A stretch of DNA of 64,000 bases from Octopus sinensis (GCF_006345805.1 NC_043015.1:41974001-42038000); one strand, 5' to 3'. Counted from the stretch's first letter, positions 1-15,473 are shown. The notes: a model not told the origin generated them from the sequence alone. Made by a program: numbers and translations.

Positions 1-146
1 GCAAATCGTTGCTGAGCCCTTAATTACTTAGTATTACTTAAACCTTCCTTCAATGGGTCTTTTACATACCGAACTCTACTTGGTGAAATTAATGATTATT
101 TCTAAATTAATTAATTTCACACTTTATTATTAATGATAATTGTGTG

Positions 147-150
<4 letters not shown>
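1..150 (+). mobile_element. Fragment related to the end region of the array 1 monomer (pLTR-like), running into (TA)n
   Basis: acttggtgaaattaatgatt...aattaattaatttcac resembles array 1 acacttggtgaaattgattaataattaattaattttgccc. Confidence 0.5.
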
Positions 151-185
<35 letters not shown>

Positions 186-186
<1 letters not shown>

Positions 187-331
187 GACATGCTTCTTTA
201 CGTTTCTATCTACCAGATCCAGTCGCAAATCTGAGGTTGTAGAAGACAGCAGGTCAAGTTGCCACGCAGTGGGACTGAACCCGGGCCCATGTGGTAGAGA
301 ATCAAACTTCTTACGACACCACCACATCCAT
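186..331 (-). mobile_element. Degenerate SINE family A, 5' part
   Basis: gccacgcagtgggactgaacccgg matches the family A head. Confidence 0.7.
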
Positions 332-749
332 CCCCATTATACAAAATTCCTAATCTTTTTTCAGGACGGTTTAGCGAAAATACAAGATATTACAAAGCAT
401 ACGTTTTAATTAAATTAAATTAAATATTTCTAGATTAGAATCAAAATAACAATTATAGATACACAATAATCAGTGCCTCGGTTTATTTCTGTTTAAGAAT
501 CATTAAAAAATTAAATAAATATATAAATCATATAAAAATACAAAACACACAAAACGAAATGAAAATACAATAGAAAATTATGATCTTATCATACGTTTTG
601 ACAACAGATTACGTTTTTATTCTTCTATTCCTTGCGGAACAAAAGACGATAAATGGTAGGCGAGAATAGCAATAAAAATATCCGAACACACAAACAGATT
701 GCAAAATAGCGTTATAAATACACTCACACACGGACACACATGTTAATGA

Positions 750-783
750 TTGTTGGTATGTATACATACATACATACATATAC

Positions 784-850
<67 letters not shown>

Positions 851-863
851 TAATATATATATA

Positions 864-944
<81 letters not shown>

Positions 945-1136
945 CGTATGTGTGTGTGAGTAAATGTGTGCATGTGTAGTATGTAAGTATGAATGTATGT
1001 ATGTATATATATATCTATATACATACATATATATATGTACATATATGTATGTGTATAATATATACACATATATATATACAATATATATATTAGATATAGA
1101 GAGAGAGAGAGATAGAGATAGATAGATTCGATAGAG

Positions 1137-1187
<51 letters not shown>

Positions 1188-1256
1188 AGATAGATAGAGA
1201 GATAGAGATAGAAAACAGACAGACAGACAGGCAGATAGATAGATAGATAGATAGAT

Positions 1257-1300
<44 letters not shown>
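750..1300. repeat. Compound microsatellite (TA, CT/GA, GATA, GACA)
   Basis: Directly visible tandem di- and tetranucleotide runs. Confidence 0.95.
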
Positions 1301-1813
1301 AAGTAAAACTATAGAAAGTTACAAACAGAAATATACATTTGAAAATAACACTGGAAACAAAGGCGCATATACTTACACACGCATACACGTGTTGATGGAC
1401 CCATACACACAGGCACACATACAAATATGTTGATGAGTGCATGTGTATGTTTGTGCGTGCGTGTGTGTAGATGCACACATACATATACATAGACATACAC
1501 ACAGGAAGAGACTATACAATCGTATAGTTTTATTGATATATGTAGATAAAGATAAATACACTTCGGGCATTATATGTCGACACATTAAGATTGATGGGTG
1601 GGTCGGCGCGCGATTTTGTGTATGCATGTGTGGATATGTAGATATGAGTGTGCGTGTTCGTGTGTGTTTGTACGTTGTTTTAATCTTATATATTAAAATT
1701 AATGAAGAGAAACATTACACTTTATGATTACAAATTCAAACTGAAATATTAAGAGAATAAGAGCATTGGGCAAAGAGCAATCGAATGAGTGTGGGCGTAT
1801 GTATGTGTGTATA

Positions 1814-2035
1814 TTCTTTACTCTTTTACTTGTTTCAGTCATTTGACTGTGGCCATGCTAGAGCACCGCCTTTTTTAGTCGAGCAAATCGACCCCAGGAC
1901 TTATTCTTTGTTTAAGCCTAGTACTTATTCTATCGGTCTCTTTTGCCGAACCGATGAGTTACAAGCACACAAACACACCAGCATCGGTTGTCAAGCGATG
2001 TTGGGGCGACAAACACAGACACACAAACACAGACA

Positions 2036-2080
<45 letters not shown>

Positions 2081-2094
2081 ACACACACACACAC

Positions 2095-2125
<31 letters not shown>

Positions 2126-2287
2126 ACGACGGGCTTCTTTCAGTTTCTGTCTACCAAATCCGCTCACAAGGCTTTGGTCGGCTCGAGGCTATAGTAGAAT
2201 ATACTTGCCCAAGGTGCCACGCAGTGGGACTGAACCCGGAACCATGTGGTTGGTAAGCAAGCCACTTACCACACAGCCACTCCTGCG
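1814..2287 (-). mobile_element. tRNA-derived SINE family A, full length, internal (CA)/(TA) tract
   Basis: Minus-strand head gcaggagtggctgtgtggtaag...ggttccgggttcagtccc (A/B-box-like), CORE-like ccttgggcaagt, tail ending aagtaaaagagtaaa. Homologous to 7563-7980 and 50331-50730. Confidence 0.88.
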
Positions 2288-3940
2288 AGAAATATTTCCG
2301 CCATTTTTACTCTGTGTATCGAATTGAAGGCCTTTGAAAAGTATAGAAATACGAAGACATCTTTCAGGTTTCTCGCACGAACTCCTTCAACAACTTTTCG
2401 TACTGTAAGCATCTGGAGGAATGTTGATCTATTTCTTCAAAAGTATTGGATAAAGAGCAACCGAAGGAATGTAGGCATATGTATATGTGTGTATTTGCGA
2501 GAAATATTTCAGCCATTTTCCTTCTGTGTATCGAATCAAAGGCACTTGAAAAGTAAACACGACGTCTTTCAGGTTTCTCGCAAGATGTAAGCATCTGGAG
2601 GAATGTTGATCCATTTCTTCAAAAGCCATTCTGGTTTATCCTCATGAATATTTTGATCTCCAGACAGATACGATTCAGTAGCATAGCATTGTAAACTTTG
2701 GCAGATACGGCAGTGAGAGTACTCCTCTTGAAATTTTTGGTGACACTGAGATCTTCTTTCTTTGGAAACGGGAGGACCAATCCTTTATTTCAATTCTCTA
2801 TACACTTTTGAATGTGCATAGCAATTCAAAAGAGTCGAAGAAGTCTGTCATTAAATTTCTCCGCTTTCAAATTCAGTTGGGATTTCGTCCAAACCAGCTT
2901 CTTTCTGTTCTTCAATGATTTTATAACTGCTTTCAGCTTTTGCATAGAAAGCTCTCCAACTTATATGTTGAGTTGATGACGAATGATCTTTCCAATTTTA
3001 AAGTTGGCAATTTCAGGTAGTTTTCCAAATAGATGATTTCTCCATAGCTTCAGCTCTTCAACTTCAATCGCTGCTTTCAGTTTGGATTTTGAGGAGTTAT
3101 TTCTTCCATTTAGTTTAGAATTTTTCCATTCCATAGATGATTGTTTATGTCAACAGAAACTTCGATGTTGTTAATTTGTTTTTTGTATACAAAGCTTTCG
3201 CATGTTTTTTATATTCTGTGGTTAATTCATTTTGTTCTTTTGTGAACCGTTTTAGGTTTGATTTTGTAGAGTTTGTTCTTTTTTTGTTATGAAATCTTTC
3301 TAATTGTTTCTCTCTTTTCCATAACAGTTAAAGTTTCCCAGGGAACACGATGCGTAACAGTTTGTTTTAGAGGTATTCATTTATCTGCTGCTTACTTATG
3401 TACAGTGACAAAATTCTAAGTCATCTTTGGGATTGGTGGTTCCAAAAATATTTTGCAAGGCTTCTCATCTGTTTCTTAATGTAATTGCAAATTGACCACA
3501 AATATCAGGACTTGCTAGAGATGACCAGTTGTAGCATAGACATTTGATCTCAGGCGTTTTGTTTGATCCGAAACTGAGATGAATTTTAGCTGATAGTATC
3601 CTGTGGTTCAGTTATCAAACGATTCAAATATCATGTTGTTCGTGGCATTGTTTGCCCATTATTTTGTTAATGGATATGTAGTTTGATTGTGCTTTTGTGC
3701 CATTTGGGTATGTAAATGTCCACTGCTTGCCAACTCACTTTTGATATTTTGTGATAAAACAGAGAAGACCAATTTCAGACTCATGCAGATATTTTCCATT
3801 TCTATTTGTTGTTTCATGGAAACTGTATTTGCATTCGTCCTTTGCGAGATGAACATTCATATCTCCTCCTGTAACTAATACATTAAGACAAGGTATTTTT
3901 TTCACAAGAAGTGTCAAACGCTGCTGCATCAGAGAAGAAG
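2285..3940 (-). pseudogene. Degenerate RTE-clade LINE (APE endonuclease C-terminus to early reverse transcriptase)
   Basis: Minus-strand peptides VLVTGGDMNVHL...SFHETTNRNG, AKVYNAMLLNRI...NQNGF and FSSAFDSIHRRKMAEIF match the RTE EN/RT pattern; many stops and frameshifts. Confidence 0.85.
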
Positions 3941-4071
3941 AGAATATGTTCGAGGGTTCATTGGTTTTGACGAGGTCGGAATCACTTCTTACCCACTAGT
4001 TTTTACAGATCTATTGTGTCCTGGATAAGTAACACTTGACAGGGCCCCAGCTAGAAGTTCATTAGCAAGTT

Positions 4072-4306
4072 ATATATTTCTTTACTACCCACAAGGGGCT
4101 AAACACAGAGGGGACAAACAAGGACAGACAAAGCGATTAAGTCGATTCCATCGACCCCAGTGCGTAACTGGTACTTAATTTATCGACCCCGAAAGGATGA
4201 AAGGCAAAGTCAGCCTCGGCGGAATTTGAACTCAGAACGTAACGGCATACGAAATACGGCTACGCATTTCGCCCGGCGTGCTAACGGTTCTGCCAGCTCA
4301 TCGCCT
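4072..4306 (-). mobile_element. tRNA-derived SINE family B
   Basis: Minus strand ggcgatgagctggcagaaccgttagc...gttctgagttcaaattccgccgagg...gcctttcatcctttcggggtcgataaattaagtaccag; more than 10 copies in the window. Confidence 0.88.
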
Positions 4307-4504
4307 TAGAGCTCACCGTTCATTAGCAAGTTATAGAATCACCCTTGGAAGAAGGCAATTCACAGATTAAATAATTCCTCGTATGTATGCATGTATGTCT
4401 GCATGCATGTATGCATTTATTATTAAGTAAGCGTGCATGCATGGATGTATATATGTATGTATGATGTATGTATGTATTATGTGTGTGTATGTATGAGAGA
4501 ACAG

Positions 4505-4660
4505 TGCATGTCATAAAAGTGACAATGGGGTAAAATATACGAAGCCCATTATACCCATCATAACTACCCGTCTGATAAGGGTGCAGCAGGCACATGCATC
4601 ACACCCATATGTACGCGGCATAGTGATCTCGTATCAAGATAAACAGCGCATGACCTTTAT
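4505..4660 (-). mobile_element. 3' UTR fragment of the Dong/R4-like LINE family seen at 42172-43160
   Basis: ggggtaaaatatacgaagccc...atcaagataaacagcgcatgacctt is the reverse complement of ~42985-43135. Confidence 0.8.
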
Positions 4661-5313
4661 GTATGTATTATGTATCTGTCTATCTATCTATCGATCTATC
4701 TATCTGCCTGTCTATCAATCGACTTATTCTTCAATTCACCCATTTATCTATCTATCAATCCATTTGTCTGTCTGCTTGTGTGGTGGTGTTGCTGGTGGAA
4801 GGAATTTGTAATTAAAATAAATATTTGAATGCGTAACTAATGAAGAAACACGGGGATAACATTCCATCGAATGTTTAAAACCCCCTGGTCATTGCAAATC
4901 TATAATTAACCCAGATAGAATTCGAAATCAAATCATACATAAAACAAACGTATATAATATCGAATTATGTATTCAACTACGACAGCGATCAAAAAATTAA
5001 AGACGATAATAGATTTAATATTAATGAGTACGAAAGCAAAAACTTCATCACAGATGACGGAAAATATATATAAAACAAAATGGAGGTACTTATTGGATTA
5101 TGAAACCTATAAACAAATAAAAAAATATATATACATCTATAAAGCGATGGTGGAAGATAATTTGAAAATATGAAAGGAATAAACATCGAAAAAATGCCAA
5201 GGGTCAATAAATTTGATAGCGGAACAAGACAAACAACTATTGTTTTGCTAAATAGTTTACTTAATATCTTGTTGCACGATAATAAATATATATATATATA
5301 TAAATATATGTAT

Positions 5314-5361
<48 letters not shown>

Positions 5362-5589
5362 GTATGTATGTATGTATGTATGTATACATATATATATATG
5401 CATATATATGTCATATATGTATATATATACATATATATGTATGTATGTGTGTGTTTATATGTATGCATGCGTACGTATGCGTATGTATATATATATATAT
5501 ATAAAATATATAGATATATACATATAAACACATTTATGCACAAACACACAGATATATATATATATGTATATACGCACATATACGTAACA

Positions 5590-6302
5590 TACAGGGTGTG
5601 GTGAATGAATTGTATAAATTACATTAAATTACACAAAAGTGAAAATAACACATCTCATTTACGAAAGTTACATAAAATATCTTGAAATACTAAAGAGTAA
5701 ATTTATTTAATAAAATCGCTATTGGCTTCAACCACGACCTCCCTACGACTTCCGAATCTCCAGTAACTCTTCTGGATGGTCTCCTTGTTTAAGGACGATG
5801 TGGTCTGAGAGCTGTAACTGGGTTCTTTTGCTTGTGTGCCATGGCTGCTAAACAGGACTCTGTTGTCTTCCAGCAGCCGCACTCTTGACCAAGGGCAGCA
5901 CTACCTTCTCCGGGCACTTGATGTAGGCATCCGTATTGCGTCTGAGGCCGTGTGAGAAGATGAATGGCGGCATAATAACGTTGTTGCTAGTGATCACTCC
6001 AAGCAGCATGATGTTGACTGGATGTTTGATCTTAAGCACTCTCGGTAATGGTCCTCAGATTGCACTGTCCTCAGATTGACACCCAAACACTGTGAAATGT
6101 TCCTACTGGAGCTTCCAGCGGGAATGCAAAGCATAAATCATGTCGTTTCCAAATTTCTGGCAGAATGAATTACGTCATGGTGCTGTTTCTCTCACAGACG
6201 TTGTCCAACTGACCCTACTATAGTGACAATATCAAAAACAAACAATGCGCATGCGCAAAATTATAAAGATAAAATAGTAACGATTTACCCATCGGAACCC
6301 AT
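5590..6302 (-). pseudogene. Internally deleted DD37D (maT-like) mariner transposase remnant
   Basis: Peptide KHPVNIMLLGVITSNNVIMPPFIFSHGL...AYIKCPEKVVLPLVKSAAAGR followed by a NKETIQ...VVEANSDFIK*-like C-terminus; left end tacagggtg. TIRs only weakly matched. Confidence 0.75.
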
Positions 6303-6305
6303 ATA

Positions 6306-6540
6306 TGTATATATTTCTTTACTACCCGCAAGGGGCTCAACATAGAGGGGACAAACAAGGACAGACAAACAGATTAAGTCGATTACATCGACCCCAGTGC
6401 GTAATTGGTACTTAATTTATCGACCCCGATAGGATGAAAGGCAAAGTCGACCTCGGCAGAATTTGAACTCAGAACGTAACTGCAGACGAAATACGGCTAA
6501 GCATTTCGCCCTTCGTGCTAACGTTTCTGCCAGCTCGCTG
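6306..6540 (-). mobile_element. SINE family B
   Basis: Collinear with 4072-4306. Confidence 0.88.
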
Positions 6541-7562
6541 AATAAATACCATGATGATTGACAGGCGACTGATGATTGATCGAGAGTAAACAGCAACAAT
6601 TAGAACAACAATTAGAACAACCGAGCGGTTGAGAGGTGCAGCTTTGACCACTATACATCACCAGCAACGCAGTTTGAACACCCGACGTTTTGCTTAGCTG
6701 TTTATTTGTCAATCATTTTAGCCCACGCCTCCATGGCTATCTGGATTGCTAGAAATAACAATCAGCGCCAAACATCCTACAAACCATACACAACCTTATT
6801 CGAATAAACGGAAGACAACGTTAGATTACGAAAATATAGACACACGGAAGCAGAGCGGATATTGACGGACGGAACGTACTTTCTCGTAGGCCTGTTCTCT
6901 CGAGGCAGACCAGGATTTAAACAGGAACAACAACAACAACGGAAACCAGACCAAAACCAGACATCATTAACGTGTGTGAATAAAATGCCTTGTGAAAACA
7001 GCTCAGAGCCACAGACGCAGACGAAACACTTCTAAGCTCACGCAGAGAACATTGATTTAATTATTGGCATAAGTTGCAGAACTTTTAAAATGTTGCTGAG
7101 AACAAACTCAGCATCAAAACGAAAATGAATTGACTAAATTAAATTATGTATCTATCCCCGACCACTACCAAGACCATCTCAACTATATCACAGCTTTACC
7201 AGAATCATTTGAACACCCTTGACTTCTGTTCTTCATTACATCTTCCAGTCCGCCTAGACTTTACTAAATACGTTAAATAATCTTTATTTTTCAGATATAT
7301 CTGGCTATACCGCAGCTTATGCTCTGTTCCGCTCAGAACTCCAATTTGCAAACTAACGACAACATATATAGGAAAATTGACTTCATTTTGGTGAGAGAAA
7401 TTGTTCGGATAATGTATTGGTCCGTTGGCTCATATTTGTATAAAGCGTTTAAATTGGCATCAGTGCAAATCGTATTAAGCGTCGGACAATGCGTTTATTT
7501 CTGAATGCGTGCATGGAAAATACATGAAATATTTTATTAGATTCGTTTAAGATGTCTTCAAT

Positions 7563-7980
7563 ACTCTTTTACTCTTTTACTTGTTTCAGTCATTTGACTG
7601 TGGCCATGCTGGAGCACCGCCTTTAATCGAGCAACTCGACCCCGGTACTTATTCTCTTGTAAGCCCAGTACTTATTCTATCGGTCTCTTTTGCCGAACCG
7701 CTAAGTAACGGAGACATAAACACACCAGCATCGGTTGCCAAGCAATGCTAGGGGGACAAACACAGACACACAAACATGCATGCACACACACATATATATA
7801 TATATATACATATATACGACGGGCTTCTTTCAGTTTCCGTCTACCAAATCCACTCACAAGGCTTTGGTTGGCCCGAGGCTATAGTAGAAGAGACTTGTCC
7901 AAGGTGCCACGCAGTGGGACTGAACCCGGAACCATGTGGTTGGTAAGCAAGCTACTTACCACACAGCCACTCCTGCGCCT
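7563..7980 (-). mobile_element. SINE family A, full length
   Basis: Collinear with 1814-2287. Confidence 0.9.
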
Positions 7981-8096
7981 ATAGTTTAAAATAAACAGAT
8001 AAGATTGTTATTTATACTAAACCATGGAAAAATATTGGTTACAACTCGATCAGTGATCAAGTTTCTAGATACTCCCGTCGGTTTGATGAATATAAC

Positions 8097-8275
8097 TCGG
8101 TGAGCTGGCAGAATCGTTAGCACTCCCTACAAGATGCAAAGCGGCATTTCGTCTGTTTCGTCCGATTGCACGATTTGCGTTTCCCGGGTCGATAACTTAA
8201 GTACCAGTGAAACTCTGGTGTCGATGTTAACGCCTGTCCTCCCTCAAAATTTCAGGCCTTTGTGCCTTTAGTAGT
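8097..8275 (+). mobile_element. SINE family B, degenerate
   Basis: ggtgagctggcagaatcgttagcac head and gggtcgataacttaagtaccag core. Confidence 0.7.
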
Positions 8276-8298
8276 AGCGATTATTATTATTATTATTA

Positions 8299-8716
8299 CT
8301 ACTTTTATTCCTTCTTAACACAGCATAGGTACAAAGTCATACCAAGGACCTCAGACAGATAATACTTTCCTTAAGACGTGCGCTGTGCCCAATAAGGCTG
8401 CTTTTGGCAAGACATCAATCTTGCATGGATTTTCCAGTTTTCCGAAGAAGTCTTGATTGAGCCCAACGCTCCAATCACCACTGGGATCACTTTTACTTCA
8501 CCCTCTCGCATTCCATGCAGTTTTGCCATTTCCTCTTTCAATTCGGAGTACTTGGTGATATTTTCAACCTCTTTACTCACAACATTCATGTCATTTTGTA
8601 TGGCTACATCAATGATCTGACAGTATTTGCCTCTCTTACTCAATATGACAACATCCGGCTGAAGGTGTTCGATTACACGACCCGTCTGAAAATCATAGTC
8701 TCAGATTATCGTTCTC

Positions 8717-8717
<1 letters not shown>
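8299..8717 (-). pseudogene. 3' end of an RLE-type (R4/Dong-like) non-LTR retrotransposon
   Basis: QPDVVILSKRGKYCQIIDVAI...KEVENITKYSEL...VIPVVIGALGSI and terminal LLGTAHVLRKVLSV* fit the PD-(D/E)xK endonuclease C-terminus; lies between (ATT)n and (TTC)n tracts. Confidence 0.85.
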
Positions 8718-8747
<30 letters not shown>

Positions 8748-8772
8748 TTATTATTATTATTATTATTATTAT

Positions 8773-8813
<41 letters not shown>

Positions 8814-9149
8814 TACTCATTGCTTTCCCTTTTTCCTCCCTCTTGACTCTTCATTTACTCTTACTTATCCTTCATCCACTTCTTACTTATGGTCCCCATC
8901 ACCATCATCACGGTCATCACCACTGCAACCACCACCACCACCGTCATCATCATCTTCATCACTAACACCACCACCACCATTGTTATAAAATACTAATAAA
9001 GTAAAAAGTACCATATTACACGTAGTCGTATAATGACAGACTTTGAAGATATCAAGCTATCATTACTGCAACAAATAGAATACGGTAAAAGTTAATATAT
9101 TGGTGAGATATATATCTAACGGAAAGACTTTTTATACCTAATATCATAT

Positions 9150-9800
<651 letters not shown>

Positions 9801-10325
9801 ACTATATATGTGATAAAAGTGCACACGTCGGTTGCGTTTATATCTAACAAAATACTTTGATATGTAATAACGTCTATTGTTATTATTATACGATGAAAAC
9901 CTTATTATTCAATAGCAATAACGTATAAATTGAATATATGGCGGTTTATGTGTTTGTTTTAATGGCTACAAGGACACACAGACATGTTGTAATGGTTTCG
10001 TTTTCCTTCTGTTTTTTTTTTTTTTGTGAGTCCTGAAACAGAATCTTAAATATATGTTGTGCGATATAAAAGCTACAGATGAAGAGGGAATCATTTGTTT
10101 CGTGTCACTCCTAAATTTTGTTTGTTCTTTCCTTATTTTACTTTATGCATTTTCGTAAGTTGTTTTGTTTCGATTATTTTTTTTTTTTTGTGTGTGCCCG
10201 TTTTTTTAGTTTTTATTTGATTTTTCGCTTCTTTATTTATACGTCACAACGTAACATGGTGTTTTATCTTCCTGCTCATCAAAAACTAGACAAACGCGTG
10301 CATAACGTTAATACGTACATAGACA

Positions 10326-10368
<43 letters not shown>

Positions 10369-10427
10369 AAAGAGAGTGAGCGAGAGAGAGATAGAGATGG
10401 ATGGATAGACAGACAGACAGACAGGCC

Positions 10428-10521
<94 letters not shown>

Positions 10522-10869
10522 TAAGTTTCTTTATTGGCCACACAGGGCTGCACACAGATGGGACAAATTACAAGGTAGAGCTTTTCTTTTGGGGGATGTT
10601 CGTGCATAAATAGGGATATAGGTATGCATATTTATGTGGGTATATGTATAAGCTCACTCAAATTTACGTGTGTAAGTGCATGTATATTTATCTATATCTA
10701 CACACGCACACACACAAACACGCACAAACCAATGCGCTTGGTTTCTGCAGTGGTTACCATGAGGGATAGATTGTTTTGCAATAATTATACCAGCTGTATA
10801 TACCTGAGTTCAAATCCTCCCCCTCGTCAGTTTCAACTCCTTCCATCAAGTGCCAGTCCTATAGTCGTA

Positions 10870-12090
10870 GAAATTCTCCTCTTCCTTTCGTTCTTTCTGG
10901 CCTGTGTTTCGGCAGCGCATATGGTGTGTCATGGATACGCCGTATTTCACGACACTGCCCCGGCGACTTTATCATATCCTGTTGCTACAATACTAATTTG
11001 AATTAGAAACTGTATCTTGGGTACTGCCTTCTCAAGTCTCTTATCAACGTTTAGTAGATATTATCTCTCACTTGTATTTTTCTAACCACTTCAATATCCA
11101 GCTGATTTCACAACTGAATATATCTATTTCTTGCGGTCCCTCACAATATCTGGCCGGTTGTGTTTTAATTTAGTGTCTGTTTTAATTTTAAATTTCCACC
11201 AATTTTATTTTCATCCATCAATATCAATTATTCAACTTCATTTGGTCATAATTTTCTCTCTTTTATTCTATTCCAGAATTTTCTGGACAGCCTATCATAT
11301 CTCATAAGAACATAACCCAGGAGAACACATTTTCTCGCAATTGGCAATAATATCGTTGCTTACTTCAGTTTTATCTTTGCACAGCCTATATTTGTTGTTC
11401 AGTGGAAATCTCGTGTTCTTGAATTCCATAGAAATAGTCTTCAATGTGGGATGTTATAAATTTGTCCTTACTCAATGCTAAACTTTAGACGTGATCAATT
11501 CCTCCTACGTCTAGTATTTTTCGTTCCAGGTATCCACGCTCTATCTTCTCAATGAAGTGGACTTTTATTTTTCTTGTTTTAATAAATATATTTTATCAAT
11601 GCTCTCCTAATTATGTAATAAGTTTCATTGTTGCAATTATTGACTGAACTCTTTATTCTGCTACATACGTTGCTTCAGTGTCACAATACCTGCTCCATAT
11701 GACATTAATACAGGTTTAAGATCACAGCCAAAACATTACGTGGAGAGCCTACCCCGTTACATTTCCATTGTAGTTGAACTTTCCAGCAACACTGAACAAC
11801 ATGCGAATCACTACGTCTGTCACCTGCAGCTCGGGCAATAACCAGTTAGAAGGTCAGATGTGGGTGTGAGGACAGGTACTGCAATTGTCCTGGGGGCCAA
11901 GATGCTTCCTGTATACTGATAGTTCACACAACATATTATACGTTCCTTAAAATATTAATTCCCAAGTTCTTCCTTTATTCCTTTCGTTCTTTCTGGCCTA
12001 TGTTTGGGCAGCGCATATGGTGTGTCTTGGATATGCCGTATTTCAGGACACTGCTCCGGGACTTTATCAAAGTCATGTGTGCCTAAGCAA
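10870..12090 (-). pseudogene. Heavily decayed RLE-type LINE C-terminus plus a second short copy of its 3' segment
   Basis: Peptides IKTDTKLKHNRPDIV and NNKYRLCKDKTEVSNDIIANCEKM (zinc-knuckle remnant); ~90-bp diverged direct repeat at 10884-10975 and 11979-12069. Confidence 0.65.
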
Positions 12091-12740
12091 GAGAAGATAT
12101 ACATACACAGATACACATATATGTGCTCATGCGTGAGTGGGTGAATGTATGTATGTATGTATGTCTTTAGGTGTGTATGTATGTCTTTATGCATGTATGT
12201 CTTTATATATGTGTATATATGCAAGTACAAATTAAGCTATGTAAATATAGATATGTTTCTGTTCATGGATGTGTGTGTATGTTTGACTGAGCTGATATAT
12301 AAGAGAAAATGAGAGAGGACAGGAGAAGGAGATAGTCTGATAGACGCTTTGAATGAAACTAGTACAAAGGAAAACAAATAGATATAGAAATATTATGTGT
12401 TATTGGACAAGTATGTACTAACAATGGTGATATATCAACGGAAAGAAATACAATACAATAGAATAAAAAAACGGATGTTAAAGATTTTTTTTAAAAACTA
12501 AGAAATAAAGAATAAGAAGATGATTCTCTTTCATATCGATATATGAAATCGAAGATATCAAGTCAAAGGTAATCGCCTTTGCTAAACTATTGGTCACGAA
12601 CGAGATATGTCTTCGACGGATATCACGACGATTTTTTTTTCCCAAACAGTATTTCGAAAAGAATCACAAGATACGGATTAGAATGGTAAATTCGGTATTT
12701 GCTGATATAAGAATCTATAAGATAAAATAACGGAAATAAT

Positions 12741-12828
<88 letters not shown>

Positions 12829-12956
12829 TATGTATATGTATGTATGCATTTATGCATGTATTTAGGTATGTATTTCTAAACGTTAAGAAATAATTCGATA
12901 TATCATACAAGAGAATTCCACTGCAAATGAATTGGAAGATGACGAGAACAGTGTAC

Positions 12957-12989
12957 GGTAGTAGTAGTAGTAGCAGTAGTAGTAGTAGC

Positions 12990-13024
<35 letters not shown>

Positions 13025-13131
13025 CAGTAGCAGTAGCAGTAGCAGTAGCAGTAGCAGTAGCAGTAGCAGTAGCAGCAGCAGTAGCAGCAGCAGCAGCAGT
13101 AGCAGTAGTAGTAGTAGTAGTAGTAGTAGTA
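12957..13131. repeat. (AGT)/(AGC) compound microsatellite
   Basis: Directly visible; explains the poly-Ser ORF. Confidence 0.95.
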
Positions 13132-13281
13132 TGTAAATAATGGAAATTGCTATGAATATTCCATAAAAGAATTATTTTTCAGGTATCCTTCCAAGGACTA
13201 CTATTCAAGCATGTGATTTGATTCCCGTTTAATATACAATTTATACTAAGAATAATCACGTGTGTGTATGTGTGTGTGTGT

Positions 13282-13323
<42 letters not shown>

Positions 13324-13605
13324 CGTGTTAGGTCGTCAAGTATGAAATTTGTGGTGAGGTATATGGTAAACTTTGTCAGCTGCTCATTTTGCGCCATTAT
13401 TATATTTTAACAATCCTTATTTTTTGTTAGAAAGCAGACACATCTATTTCTTTTTTTTTTCGAAATCATTTTGCGCTTTATAAGGTTTTTAAAAATCGAT
13501 TTTTGCTATTTTTGTTTAGAGATGGATAAGTCAGAAATTCGTACAATTTTGAAATATGAGTTCATTCTTGGAAATACATCACAGACAGCTCGGAATATTA
13601 ATGGA

Positions 13606-13687
<82 letters not shown>

Positions 13688-14807
13688 GAGAAATATATAT
13701 ATATATATATTCGAGAAATTGTACAAAATGCTGGGATGGATTTTGTCTCACTCTGATATGTATTGTACAGTAAGCGGTGCGTCATTTTACGAGTACCTGC
13801 TTTACGAGACACCGGGTTTACGAGTTTTATTTTATGATAAAAGTTTCAACTACCATAACAAATGCTTCTGCGTGATATCGGAAAATTTATAGAAAGCGAA
13901 AAAAAAGCTTCTTCTAAGCAAACGATTGTAGTTTGCATCGGTGATGGTGTTTGCAACTGATGGTGTGCGCCGTATGTGTGTGTATCGTATGTGTGTGTTT
14001 GAAAGTAGGTATATAAATGCATATATATATACACACTCACAAAGACAAGCCCACAAAACACATGCATATATGAATATATATATACATTCATACACACACA
14101 CACACATATATATACACACACACACACACTCAAACACATACACACGCATATACATATATATATATATTTTATATACATGTATGCATCGATATATATGTGC
14201 ACACATGCACTTACAGCGCATTGGTTTGCTCGGATTTAAGCTAGAAGGTACATTGTTCAAAATACCGCGTAGTAGGATCGAGCCTGCAAACACGAAGCCG
14301 CATAGCACACTTTATAAACGCAGAGATTATGCCTATGCCAAAATATATGCTCAACCTTTATTTTTCTTAGTATCATAAGACGTATTTAAGGGATGAACCA
14401 TGACTGTTCAATAATATCTAAGCATGCCAAAAATCGATTGGTATTTAAAAAGAAACAATGGACCCCGAATCTATTGAACTAATACGGCACAGCCAATCGA
14501 ATCAGAACAAACAATAGATTTCTTAAATAATATTTTAAGTTGAGTCAATGATATTTAGATGCAACAAAGTATACAATAGCGATATATTTAATGTCAGTAA
14601 CCTCTGTCCATGCTCCTGATTATTTCGTAATTAAGTATTTCTAATTAGAATTTTAATTTACTCTGACATATTTAAGACAATGACAATAAAACTACCGATT
14701 GCATATGAGTATAACAAAACCGACACACATACGCACATGCACAAACACACGTACCCCTACACGTATATATTTCTTTACCACCCACAAGTATTTTACTACT
14801 CCTACAT

Positions 14808-15400
14808 GTATATATTTCTTTACTAAACACAGAGCGGACAAACATCGACCCCAGTGCGTAACTGGTTCTTAATTTATAGACCCCGAAAGGATGAAAGGCA
14901 AAGTCGACCTCGGCGGAAGTTGAACTCAGAACGTAACGGCAGACGAAATACAGCTATGCATTTCGCCCGGCGTGCTAACGATTCTGCCAGCTCGCCACCT
15001 TAGTACGCCTACATGTATAACCACAAGCATATGTCGTGTCTGTGTGTGTTTGTGTGTATGTATGTTATTCATTTAAACACATGCAACCATATGAAAATAG
15101 CCATGAAACGTAGCTGGTCTATCTCCTTACTTTTCGCCAACCGCTAAGACGGACGAACTGCGCTAAGCATTTTGCTCATCATGGTAACGATCTGACCAGC
15201 TCGCCGCCGTATGCGAAGAGAATATTTCTTTCAAAATTCATCCCGAGGCCAGCAATTTGAGGAGAGGGTGCAAGTCGATTAGATGGACCTCAGTGCTCAA
15301 CTGGTATTTATTTTATCGAAACCGAAATGATGAAAGGCAAAGTCGACCTCGGCAGAATTTGAACTCAGAACGCTAAGACGGACAAAACGCAGCTAAGAAT
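14808..15400 (-). mobile_element. Cluster of SINE family B copies and fragments (14808-14999, 15135-15208, 15255-15400)
   Basis: Repeated gatgaaaggcaaagtcgacctcggc(a/g)gaa(t/g)ttgaactcagaacg. Confidence 0.8.
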
Positions 15401-15473
15401 AGTGTCCGCGCCGTCAGGTTTCTTACAACTCACTGCCCTTCTGCGAAGAGAATAAAAAGATGCCGTTGTTGTT

